A DNA stretch of 52,837 bases. Origin: Methanotrichaceae archaeon (GTDB lineage Archaea; Halobacteriota; Methanosarcinia; Methanotrichales; Methanotrichaceae). This document shows positions 1 to 8,689 of this stretch, piece by piece; within the stretch, counting starts at the first letter, position 1, and every line of letters starts with the position of its first letter. The stretch is from the NCBI GenBank assembly GCA_963803145.1, contig CAWDLW010000034.1, positions 1 to 52,837 on the forward strand. The letters are read 5' to 3'. Under the pieces are notes generated by a model. That model had not been told where the DNA came from. It saw nothing but the letters and a program-made list of their open reading frames with translations, and searched no databases. Position numbers and translations under genes: made by a program.

Positions 1-2
1 GC

Positions 3-173
3 GAAGGCTATATGGTCCTTGACCCTTTCGGAGGGTGCGGTACAACGGGCTTCGCCGCGCAAGAACTTAACCGTGAGTCGGTACTAATAGAGATCAATCC
101 TTCGTATGTCGAAATGAGTAAGGTGCGAACTAAGAATGCCAAGAAAACCAGGGTCAAAACAAAAAATCCTTGA
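3..173 (+). CDS. Site-specific N4/N6 DNA methyltransferase, C-terminal part (truncated by window start)
   Basis: Manual translation EGYMVLDPFGGCGTTGFAAQELNRESVLIEINPSYVEMSK...: SAM-binding motif I (DPFxGxGTT) at the C-terminus as in beta-class MTases; overlaps the downstream endonuclease start. Confidence 0.85.
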   Translation, partial: EGYMVLDPFGGCGTTGFAAQELNRESVLIEINPSYVEMSKVRTKNAKKTRVKTKNP

Positions 174-724
174 ATATTTCATGAACAACATTGGAAGAGT
201 CTTGGAGTCGCGTGATATCCAAGCCGCCAGCGGTGGTGCGGTAGAGTGGGCTCGCAGAGTCCGAGAACTTCGTAATGAGGATGGCTACCAAATACTTTCC
301 CATAAGGACCGCGCCGATTTGAAGCCGAATCAGTATATTCTGGAAACGACGGCGCGATTGCCTGCCTTCAAACGCGATGTATCAAAGGAAACACGCGCGT
401 ATGTCTTAGAAAGTAATGGGTATACCTGTCAAATGTGCGGCATGGCAGCAGGTGACCTGGACCCATTCAATTCAGAGAACGGTCCGATTGACAATTGGGC
501 ATATTATAGATAAATCGAAGGGAGGCGATGATTCCCCACAAAATTTAAGGGCGGTTTGCACGAATTGTAATGAGGGATTGCAGAATAGTTCACCGCCAAA
601 ACCTGACCGCATTTTGCTTCTTGCCCAAGTACGACGTGCTACAATACAAGACCAAGAGGCATTGTTAGAGTGGCTGCTAAAAAAATTCAACTTCGAAGCC
701 CATAAAAAAGAACCTAGACGCTAG
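136..724 (+). pseudogene. KpnI-like HNH restriction endonuclease, split by a +1 frameshift near 470-477
   Basis: ORF 136-513 gives the N-terminal part (WARRVRELRNEDGYQILS, CQMC) and ORF 416-724 gives RLTIGHIIDKSKGG...NLRAVCTNCN (HNH). The joined protein resembles R.KpnI as recalled; adjacent to an MTase. Confidence 0.75.
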
Positions 725-804
725 ATCGTGATCTCTTAATATTTCCAAAGTTTAATCAAATTGCTTATCGAAGAATATAACCAATGCAATGAATGTACCT
801 GTCA

Positions 805-853
805 CTTTACGTGCAAGTCTTAGACTTTGCGTGCAGAACAGGCTTTACGTGCA
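805..853. repeat. Three direct repeats CTTT(A/G)CGTGCA
   Basis: Copies at 805-815, 825-835, 843-853. Confidence 0.7.
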
Positions 854-873
854 AAGCCACATCCTACATAAAG

Positions 874-907
874 TTTAAATACTAAACATCACTAACTATA
901 GGTTAGT
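874..907 (+). promoter_or_regulatory. TATA box plus CTAAC-N5-GTTAG (HSR1-type) operator upstream of cdc48
   Basis: TTTAAATA at 874-881; CTAAC-TATAG-GTTAG at 892-906. Confidence 0.65.
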
Positions 908-1097
908 AATCACAAGTATACGGTAGCTGGAAAGTAAATGCAAGATGCGTTCGCAAAGATCTGAGTAGATCAATGAACTATCCTGCAATTTAGTCTTCCA
1001 GTATGAATCGAAGTTCAGAATATCAAATCGTGAAATAGAACAGTTAAAAAATTACTTAAGCTTGAGAGGCGAATGAATATTTATATCGGAGGTTTTT

Positions 1098-3269
1098 ATG
1101 GCCGAAGAGATCTCACTTAAAGTTATCGAGGCACGCCCATCTGATGTTGGAAGGGGCATCGCCAGAGTAGACCCGACAGTATTCAGGCAACAGGGCTGGG
1201 AGGCCGGGGATGTAATCAGCATCCAAGGAAAGAAGAGGACTGCAGCATTGCTCTGGCCAGGCTATCCTGATGACACGGGCACAGGAACAATTCGCTTGGA
1301 TGGTAATATCAGGAGAAACGCAAGTGTCAGCATCGATGATCGCATTACTGTAAAGGTAATCCAATCAGCTCCTGCAGACACTATTGTCTTTGCTCCGACA
1401 GTTCCTTTGCGCATAACCGGCGGCGAGGAGTACCTAAAGAGGTACATGGAGGGCCGTGTCATAACCCGTGGAGACATCATAGAGATAAGCGTCATGGGCA
1501 GGAAGATAGAGTTAATGGCCGTCAGAGTCACGCCCGCCAAGGACGCTGTCGTCATAGGAGATCGGACTACAATACAGATCTCTGAGAAGCCCGCAAAGGA
1601 AGAGAAGGCTGTGCCCAGGGTTACCTATGAGGACATAGGAGGACTCGGGCCTGAGATCAAGAAAGTCCGAGAGATGATAGAGCTGCCCATGAAGCATCCT
1701 GAGTTGTTCGAGCGTTTAGGTGTAGAGGCGCCCAAAGGAGTTCTTCTCTTCGGTCCTCCCGGCACAGGAAAGACGCTGCTCGCCCGCGCCCTGGCATCTG
1801 AAACGAACGCTCATTTCGAGACGTTGAGCGGCCCGGAGATCATGTCTAAGTATTATGGCGAGTCCGAGGAGAAGCTAAGACAGCTCTTCAAGACGGCTGA
1901 GGAGCAGGCGCCTTCAATCATCCTGATTGATGAGATCGACTCTATTGCACCCAAGCGTGAAGAGGTAACAGGCGAGGTAGAGCGCCGTGTTGTCGCACAG
2001 CTCCTTGCACTTATGGATGGCATGGAGGCGCGAGGGAAAGTCGTCGTTATAGGCGCGACAAACCGGCCAGATGCTCTTGATCCAGCTCTGCGAAGGCCAG
2101 GACGCTTTGATCGTGAGATCGAGATAGGCGTTCCTAATAAGGAATCAAGGCTTGAGGTTCTCCTGATCCATACTCGTGGGATGCCGCTCTCCAAGGATGT
2201 TGACCAGCAGAAGCTGGCAGCAGTAACCCACGGTTTCGTCGGAGCAGATCTGGCAGCCCTCGCTCGTGAGGCAGGTATGCGTTCCCTGCGCCGTATATTG
2301 CCTGAGCTCGATCTAGAAGTAGAATCGATACCTGTAGAGGTATTAAATAAGATCGAGGTCAACAACGATGACTTCCTCGATGCGCTCAGGGAGATGGAGC
2401 CGTCAGCAATGCGTGAGGTCATGGTTGAGTCGCCGGATGTTCACTGGGACGATATAGGTGGTCTAGGAGATGTGAAGCAGGAGCTTATAGAGTCAGTTGA
2501 ATGGCCTCTGACATACGCCAAGCTCTTCCAGCACATGAATGCGACACCTCCTAAAGGAGTCCTGCTCTATGGACCTCCTGGAACGGGAAAGACAATGATT
2601 GCCAAGGCTGTCGCAACCGAGAGCCAGGCTAACTTCATAAGCGTAAAAGGACCCGAGTTCCTGAGCAAGTGGGTGGGCGAATCGGAGAAAGCGGTTCGCG
2701 AGACATTCCGCAAGGCCAGGCAGGCAGCACCAGCTGTGATCTTCCTGGATGAGATCGACTCTATTGCACCGTCCAGGGCTGGAGGCACAGCAGACTCCCA
2801 CGTAACCGAGCGTGTGATATCCCAGATCCTGACTGAGCTGGATGGTCTAGAGGCACTGCATAACGTAATAGTGATAGCGGCCACAAATAGGCCAGATATA
2901 ATTGATTCTGCACTGCTTCGGCCCGGAAGGTTCGACAGGCTTATCGAGATTGGCTTGCCGGACGAGAAGGCAAGGCTGGAGATACTGAAGATTCATACGG
3001 CTAATAAGCCCATGGCCGAGGATATCAACCTCGAGGATATCGCCAAGAGGACCGATAAGTATTCGGGCGCTGACCTATCGGCCATAGTCAGCGAGGCCGC
3101 GATGCTGGCAATCAGGGAGTGCGTGATCAGCGGAAAGGCCAAGGAAGAGGCCCAATTCTGCGATTACAAGATCGAAAAGAAGCACTTCGATGAGGCCATG
3201 AAGAAGGTGCAGCCTACAGCAAGCGAAATGGATATCTACAGAAGATTCGGAAGAGCGAGGCCAGCATAA
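1098..3269 (+). CDS. cdc48: CDC48/VCP family AAA ATPase
   Basis: N-domain plus two AAA modules (GPPGTGKT twice, DEIDS, RPGRFDR); GGAGG RBS. Confidence 0.97.
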   Translation: MAEEISLKVIEARPSDVGRGIARVDPTVFRQQGWEAGDVISIQGKKRTAALLWPGYPDDTGTGTIRLDGNIRRNASVSIDDRITVKVIQSAPADTIVFAPTVPLRITGGEEYLKRYMEGRVITRGDIIEISVMGRKIELMAVRVTPAKDAVVIGDRTTIQISEKPAKEEKAVPRVTYEDIGGLGPEIKKVREMIELPMKHPELFERLGVEAPKGVLLFGPPGTGKTLLARALASETNAHFETLSGPEIMSKYYGESEEKLRQLFKTAEEQAPSIILIDEIDSIAPKREEVTGEVERRVVAQLLALMDGMEARGKVVVIGATNRPDALDPALRRPGRFDREIEIGVPNKESRLEVLLIHTRGMPLSKDVDQQKLAAVTHGFVGADLAALAREAGMRSLRRILPELDLEVESIPVEVLNKIEVNNDDFLDALREMEPSAMREVMVESPDVHWDDIGGLGDVKQELIESVEWPLTYAKLFQHMNATPPKGVLLYGPPGTGKTMIAKAVATESQANFISVKGPEFLSKWVGESEKAVRETFRKARQAAPAVIFLDEIDSIAPSRAGGTADSHVTERVISQILTELDGLEALHNVIVIAATNRPDIIDSALLRPGRFDRLIEIGLPDEKARLEILKIHTANKPMAEDINLEDIAKRTDKYSGADLSAIVSEAAMLAIRECVISGKAKEEAQFCDYKIEKKHFDEAMKKVQPTASEMDIYRRFGRARPA

Positions 3270-3451
3270 GCTGGCTGCTCGCTAATTTATTTTTGTTTTG
3301 TTACCACCAAACGAAATGCATTCAACTACAAAATGCTATGTCTTTCAGATTGAAGTTGAATCGCGTCCATAGAATGAAAATGGTCGTTAGCTCTACACAT
3401 TCACCTTCTGGGGCTAAAACGCCCATGATCCTTAAGGGTCATACGTGGCTG

Positions 3452-3641
3452 ATGAAAAACCTCACATTCATGGCCAACTATGATTAGTCTGATATGGGCA
3501 GTGAAGGCAGCTTTATTTTTGAGATCATGATCTCGCGGCTAAAACTGGCCAATAATCCCGTGAATACGGGGCTGCGTCGTTGAACGCGCATGGGAAATTA
3601 CCCCCTATAAGGGATTAATCTTAATCATCTGCCCATATCAG
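3452..3641 (+). ncRNA. Candidate IS110 bridge RNA
   Basis: 13-bp stem 3489-3501/3629-3641 enclosing hairpins 3521-3534, 3557-3570, 3574-3587, 3603-3613; short segments matching the element junctions. Confidence 0.5.
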
Positions 3642-3654
3642 GATAGCGACATAT

Positions 3655-4914
3655 ATGGGCAAACGAAGAAATAGAGTTTGCGGAGCAGATGTCCATAAAG
3701 ATCTCATAGTAGCCACGATCGAAGATGCAGATGGGACTGAAATCCAGGAACAGTTTGGCACGACTCGTTCGGAGCTAGAGAGATTCAGGAATTGGCTCAT
3801 AGCCAATAATTGCGAGCAAGTAGCATTCGAAGCTACAGGTGTTTACTGGTTTCCAGTATACGATTGCCTGAGTCCCTCTATTGATACAATTGTAGCAAAT
3901 CCATGGATGGTCAAAGGACTTCTAGGGGATAAGTCGGATTCTCATGACGCTAAGAGGATTGCAGGTAACTGCTTGGATGGCAAAATCAAGAGATCAAGAG
4001 TCTTTTCCAATGAGGATCGAGCCCTCAGAATGATGACCCGTGCCAGATCAGGATATATAAAGACTCAAACTCAACTTAGAAACAGAGTTCATAAGTATCT
4101 GGCACTTTGCGGCATAAAGCTGAGTTCTTGTATTTCAGACATCTTTGGAAAATCAGGCAGGATTATCTTGGATGGCCTGGTTGAAGGCAAGGATGCAGAC
4201 TCGATCCTGGACAGAATCACTTCAAAGAAGATCAAGAAAAAGCGAGACGTCATCAAAGCGGCTCTTGCAAACGGTCTTGATGATACTTCGAGAATGCTTG
4301 TTAAGGATAATCTAGAGCTCCTTGATCTTCTGAAAAAGAAGATAGATAAAACAAGTCTTGAAGTGCTTAGCAAATTTCAGAAAAGCGCTAAAGATCTGGC
4401 AATAGTTATGTCAATTCCAGGAATAAGTTTTAGATCAGGGTCGACCATCTTGGCAGAAATCGGTGACTATCACGATTTCCAAACCCCAGAACAAATCGCT
4501 AAATGGTGTGGATTGGTTCCTGGACTACATGAATCTGCAGGGAAAAAGAAGCAATGTGGTATTACGAAACAGGGGTCCAAGAGTCTCAGAACTATGCTTG
4601 TCGAGATAGCTCAAGTGATAGCTAAGATGAGAAATAACAAGAACAAGCTCTCAAGGTACTTCCATAGATTATCGGCCAGAAAGAGTTACAATGTAGCGAT
4701 CACTGCTTTAGCACGGAAATTAATCACAATAATTTATCATCTGCTGATCAATCAAGAGCTATATCAAGATAACAAATGCACTACTGATACATCAAAACCA
4801 GTCAAAAGGGACCTCCTCTATCTATCAAAAGATGAGCGATTGAAGGATGGAGTGGCTGCTATCGTAGACGCCTTTTATCACTTGAAGAATAGACATTCGG
4901 TAGGGGGTGGATAG
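3655..4914 (+). CDS. IS110 family transposase (DEDD recombinase)
   Basis: GADVHKD, AFEATG, DKSDSHDA (DEDD); SIPGI and GLVPGLHESAG (Tnp20 domain, catalytic Ser region). Confidence 0.95.
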   Translation: MGKRRNRVCGADVHKDLIVATIEDADGTEIQEQFGTTRSELERFRNWLIANNCEQVAFEATGVYWFPVYDCLSPSIDTIVANPWMVKGLLGDKSDSHDAKRIAGNCLDGKIKRSRVFSNEDRALRMMTRARSGYIKTQTQLRNRVHKYLALCGIKLSSCISDIFGKSGRIILDGLVEGKDADSILDRITSKKIKKKRDVIKAALANGLDDTSRMLVKDNLELLDLLKKKIDKTSLEVLSKFQKSAKDLAIVMSIPGISFRSGSTILAEIGDYHDFQTPEQIAKWCGLVPGLHESAGKKKQCGITKQGSKSLRTMLVEIAQVIAKMRNNKNKLSRYFHRLSARKSYNVAITALARKLITIIYHLLINQELYQDNKCTTDTSKPVKRDLLYLSKDERLKDGVAAIVDAFYHLKNRHSVGGG

Positions 4915-4967
4915 CACCCCATTTCTTTTAATTGAGGAAGGTTTTTCATGGGAAACTAATGGTTTTA

Positions 4968-5049
4968 CTAGCGCGCTCAGTCGCCGCGCGGGCTGCCCCT
5001 AACCCCTCTACGGGGGAAGGTTTCAGAAAGCGATAGTCAATAAGGTTGA
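4968..5049. repeat. GC-rich structured repeat, type A copy 1
   Basis: 4968-5023 matches 43173-43228 at 55/56 nt; followed by TAAGGTTGA. Confidence 0.85.
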
Positions 5050-5131
5050 TGAGAACAATAAGAATGAATCGTGGCTAGAGTATGAAATGATCGCCTGAAG
5101 TAAATCAGTTGTATTTGAATGATGCTGATAT

Positions 5132-5476
5132 GTACAATCAAGACAATAAAATGAGGAGACAAATAACCAATCAACTTGCAGTCTCTCCTCGCATGAACCA
5201 TCCCGGAGGACGTTAGCCCGTCGCGGCGACTGAGCGACAGCCCCGTAAACAGATAGCGCGGGAGCGAAGCGACTCGCGGTCCCCCCGAATTAGAGCGGCG
5301 TAAGGTTGACCAAGACATAAAGGCAATATGGATCCGAAGTTCTTCCTGGAAGATTCCCTCGGCAGGCTAATAGATCTGGCCACCCAGAAGTCCATACGGC
5401 CAAGACAAAAAGAGCGCATCGAGAGCGAGGCACAGTATGTCCAGGGACTATATGCTCTTCCTTGAGAACATGCGAG
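5132..5476 (+). repeat. ~340-bp diverged direct repeat, left copy
   Basis: Aligns by eye with 9195-9533; contains GC-rich hairpins and an MNT/HEPN fragment. Confidence 0.9.
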
Positions 5477-5520
5477 AAGCCTGCAGGAAGACGAAGATGC
5501 GCATTGAGATATACTTCTGA
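5328..5520 (+). pseudogene. MNT (minimal nucleotidyltransferase) C-terminus / HEPN (DUF86) N-terminus toxin-antitoxin remnant
   Basis: MDPKFFLEDSLGRLIDLATQKSIRPRQKERIESEAQYV overlapping MSRDYMLFLENMREACRK...LRYT. Confidence 0.65.
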
Positions 5521-5599
5521 AGGGGATTCAGCCTCTTCTTGCAGTAATAACGTTTATCTTTTCAGATACCTAATCGGTCTTTCCAGAGGTGCGGTTAGG

Positions 5600-6025
5600 A
5601 TGGATCCATTGAGCTTAGCAGCCATTGCAGCTCCTTTTGTTGCCAAGGGTGCGGATGTGTTCTCAACTACAGCAGGGGAAAAGTTGGGGGGAATGGTAGG
5701 AGATCTGTGCAAAGCTGTTTTGGATAAGTTTAAAGGCGACTCGTATGCTGAGCAGACTTTGGAACGTGCTCAGGAGAAGCCAGAAGCTAAGGGGCGTCAG
5801 AGCGCGCTGAAAGAAGTTTTGGCGGAGAAGATGGAAAGCGATCCGGATTTTGCTGAGAAGGTGCAAAAGCTGGTAGACGAACTACAAAAAGGAGGAACCA
5901 GAGCAGTCTTCGACCAGAGGGGGCAGACAGTGCATGGGCCTCAGACCAACATCGCTGGTAATGTCAGCGGATCTGTTCTTTCAGGAACCTTTAGCGGTCC
6001 GGTGAATACAGATAAATCAAAGTGA
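5600..6025 (+). CDS. Bell-like helical effector with C-terminal candidate amyloid signalling motif
   Basis: Start reassigned to ATG 5600 after GAGGTG; MDP...DPDFAEKVQKL helical domain, then FDQRGQTVHGPQTNIAGNVSGSVLSGTFSGPVN. Confidence 0.8.
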   Translation: MDPLSLAAIAAPFVAKGADVFSTTAGEKLGGMVGDLCKAVLDKFKGDSYAEQTLERAQEKPEAKGRQSALKEVLAEKMESDPDFAEKVQKLVDELQKGGTRAVFDQRGQTVHGPQTNIAGNVSGSVLSGTFSGPVNTDKSK

Positions 6026-6035
6026 TAAGCTGCTT

Positions 6036-6455
6036 ATGTCTGACAAACCAAGCTTCGATCAACGCGACCAAATAATTGACGGTCCCCAGATAAACATCGC
6101 AATAGGAGATAGGAAGAGTCAAAGCCAAGGGCGAGATTTGAACGCGACAGGTGCATTTCTAACTGCAAGCCTAAGTAGCCAAGAAAATGGGATTGCGCGA
6201 ATTGAGATAAAGAACGTAGGGAAAACAATAGCAAGAAAAATAAGAATTTCATTTGCTGGTAGAACAATACATCAATATGCTACGGGAAAAGGATGTCCGT
6301 TTCCTGAAGATGCAGGAATCCCGGCAGGCGAAAGCGTTTTCATTCCGGTTGATTGCCCTGGCTGGAAGGAAATTTACGTGGATATGCGGTGGACAGACGA
6401 TTCTACCAAGAATAATAATTGGAATAAGAGCTACATCCCGCTCATTCCAATATAA
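6036..6455 (+). CDS. Hypothetical protein: N-terminal amyloid-like motif plus probable beta-sandwich domain
   Basis: FDQRDQIIDGPQINIA at the N-terminus; IEIKNVGKTIARKIRISF is an Ig/CARDB-like strand pattern; starts 10 nt after the upstream stop. Confidence 0.7.
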   Translation: MSDKPSFDQRDQIIDGPQINIAIGDRKSQSQGRDLNATGAFLTASLSSQENGIARIEIKNVGKTIARKIRISFAGRTIHQYATGKGCPFPEDAGIPAGESVFIPVDCPGWKEIYVDMRWTDDSTKNNNWNKSYIPLIPI

Positions 6456-6507
6456 TCTAATATAATAGTTATAAAATGCAAAACATGATCGGTAGCAAGA
6501 GGACTCG

Positions 6508-8442
6508 ATGAAAAAAGGCACCGGATTCAGCCAGAACGAGCAGAAAGTAGAAGGCCCACAGACAAATATCGGCAAGGATGCGATCGGACCTATACTTTCA
6601 GGGACCTTCAACGATCAAGTTAATATTATCTCTGGAGCGGAATTGCCTCCACCACCTATTCCGCATCAGATCCCTTCACCGCCGCTGGACTTCACCGGCA
6701 GAGATGACGAGCTAAAAGATCTGATAGCTCAATTTGATCGTGGAGGCATCATCACAGGCCTACGAGGCATGGGTGGAATCGGCAAGACGGCTCTAGCTCT
6801 TGTTTTAGCGGAAAAGCTCAAAGGCCGCTTCGGTGACGGTCAGGTCTTTCTCAAGTTGAATGGCACAAATTCGAATCCTTTGAAGCCTAGCGATGCCATG
6901 GCTCAAGTCATTCGTGCATTTCGGGGCTCTGCTGAACGCCTACCTGAAGACCAAGATGAATTGCAATCTCTTTATTATTCCGTACTGGAAGACAAGAATA
7001 TCCTGCTTTTGCTGGATAATGCTGACGATCGCAAGCAGGTTCAACCACTGCTACCTCCCAAGGGCTGCGCTGTAATTATCACATCAAGAAAGAAATTCAC
7101 TCTCCCAGGAATGCCCGAACCGTTCTTGTTGGACACACTAAAGCCATCCGATGCCAGAGACTTGCTGCTAAGAATCTGTCCACGCATCGGCTGCCAAGCT
7201 GACGAACTTGCCGAGCTCTGTGGCTATCTTCCGCTTGCACTAAGGGCTTCGGCCAGTCTTCTTGCGGTAAAAAGCGATCTGAATACCGAAAGTTACCTGG
7301 AAGAGTTGCGCTCAGAACGCACTCGCATTGAGATGATCGGGAAAGAGGGCGTGGACCTAGACGTGGAGGCTAGCTTTAACCTGAGCTATAGCCGCCTGTC
7401 AGCAAAAATGGCCAGCGTTTTCTGCAAGCTTTCTGTCTTTCCTTCTGACTTTGATGCTACCGCAGAGGAAGAAATCTGCCAGGACCAACGCCATATGCAA
7501 CTGAGTGACCTAGTGACATGGAGCTTGGTTGAGTTTGATGAAGGAGCAGATCGGTATCATTTGCATGACCTGACCCGAATTTTTGCTGCCTCTCGCCTGG
7601 AGACAGCGACGAAAACTGAGGTACAGCAGCGGCATGCCAAGCATTACGAAAATGTACTGTCTTCAGCTACCCAACTTTATATCAAAGGCAAGCAACTGGC
7701 CGCTCTGAGGAAGTTCGATGCAGAATGGACGAACATCCAAACAGGCTGGATTTGGGCAAAGCAAAGTTATGAAGCTGATAATCAAGCAGTCTCCCTCTGC
7801 AGTGCTTATCTCAATTGGCCTTTTCTGCTTGATCTAAGGTTGTATGCAAAAGAGAGGATTTTATGGCTGGAGACCGGTCTAGCTGCATCTCGCAAGCAAG
7901 GGAACCGAAGCATGGAAGGAGTTCATCTGGGCAATCTGGGCCAGGCCTATGCTGTTCTTGGCGATGCCAAAAAGGCAATCGAGTTTTATGAACGGGCGTT
8001 GGTCATTTTCCGTGAGATCAGGGACAGGCGCGGCGAAGGAACCGCTTTGAGCAACCTGAGCAATGTCTACATCGATCTTGGCGATGCCAAAAAGGCAATC
8101 GAGTTCTACGAACAACGTTTGATAATTGCTCGCGAGATCAGGGATAGGCGCGGCGAAGGAGCCGCTTTGGGCAACCTGGGCATTGCCTATGATGATCTTA
8201 GCGATGCCAAAAAGGCAATCAAGTTCTACGAACAGCATTTAGTCATTGCTCGTGAGATCGGGGATCAGCGTGGAGAAGGAAATGCTCTCTGGAACATGAG
8301 CTTATCCCTGGATAAACTGGGCCAGCGAGCAGAAGCCATTGATAATGCCATGCTGGCACTCAAGATCTTTGAGCAGATTGAAAACCCGACCGCTGCGCGG
8401 GTGAGGCAAAGGCTGGCTGAATGGCAAAATGAGTCAAAATGA
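6508..8442 (+). CDS. NLR-like STAND NTPase (amyloid-like motif, NB-ARC, TPR)
   Basis: GMGGIGKT, LLLLDNA, IITSR, GYLPLAL, LHDL, C-terminal 40-aa TPRs; N-terminal FSQNEQKVEGPQTNIGKDAIGPILSGTFNDQVN. Confidence 0.92.
   Translation: MKKGTGFSQNEQKVEGPQTNIGKDAIGPILSGTFNDQVNIISGAELPPPPIPHQIPSPPLDFTGRDDELKDLIAQFDRGGIITGLRGMGGIGKTALALVLAEKLKGRFGDGQVFLKLNGTNSNPLKPSDAMAQVIRAFRGSAERLPEDQDELQSLYYSVLEDKNILLLLDNADDRKQVQPLLPPKGCAVIITSRKKFTLPGMPEPFLLDTLKPSDARDLLLRICPRIGCQADELAELCGYLPLALRASASLLAVKSDLNTESYLEELRSERTRIEMIGKEGVDLDVEASFNLSYSRLSAKMASVFCKLSVFPSDFDATAEEEICQDQRHMQLSDLVTWSLVEFDEGADRYHLHDLTRIFAASRLETATKTEVQQRHAKHYENVLSSATQLYIKGKQLAALRKFDAEWTNIQTGWIWAKQSYEADNQAVSLCSAYLNWPFLLDLRLYAKERILWLETGLAASRKQGNRSMEGVHLGNLGQAYAVLGDAKKAIEFYERALVIFREIRDRRGEGTALSNLSNVYIDLGDAKKAIEFYEQRLIIAREIRDRRGEGAALGNLGIAYDDLSDAKKAIKFYEQHLVIAREIGDQRGEGNALWNMSLSLDKLGQRAEAIDNAMLALKIFEQIENPTAARVRQRLAEWQNESK
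7915..8290 (+). repeat. 120-bp tandem TPR-coding repeats
   Basis: GCGATGCCAAAAAGGCAATC at 7961, 8081, 8201. Confidence 0.9.
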
Positions 8443-8509
8443 CTAAGAGTGCATTCAAAGCTCTAACAATTCTGACTTGATTCATAAAAAATACATTTCA
8501 AGATCGTCG

Positions 8510-8689
8510 TTATTCATCGTAAGCATATTTCAATTTCTTGATAATAACCGCCTTAGCATTCTCGATCAGCGTTATACTCTGCGCCCTATGCCTTCCGGTC
8601 CTCACTATGACCCTTGGCCCATCTATCTTCCTCGCCTCGGCATAGATCCTCGAACCTTTTAGCGTATCTCCGACCTCATAGCAATCCGC
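8510..8689 (-). pseudogene. Possible degenerate RelE/ParE-like toxin
   Basis: Start-less frame ADCYEV...RVIVRTGRHRAQSITLIENAKAVIIKKLK directly after an RHH gene; weak resemblance only. Confidence 0.3.

Larger units (their letters stand above)
3409..4952 (+). mobile_element. IS110-family insertion sequence (ends approximate)
   Basis: IS110 transposase; TGGG at both putative junctions (3409-3412, 4949-4952); long structured left non-coding end. Confidence 0.7.

Noticed and set aside
1113-2884. Antisense ORFs over cdc48 (and similar ones over other genes)
   Set aside because: Shadow frames of well-supported genes, with no recognisable motifs
5462-5599. N-terminal extensions of the ORFs at 5462 and 9519
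   Set aside because: Both start inside the direct-repeat/HEPN remnant; better starts are 5600 and 9573
7915-8290. Diversity-generating retroelement TR/VR pair
   Set aside because: Repeats are tandem and coding, differences are not adenine-specific, and no reverse transcriptase is present
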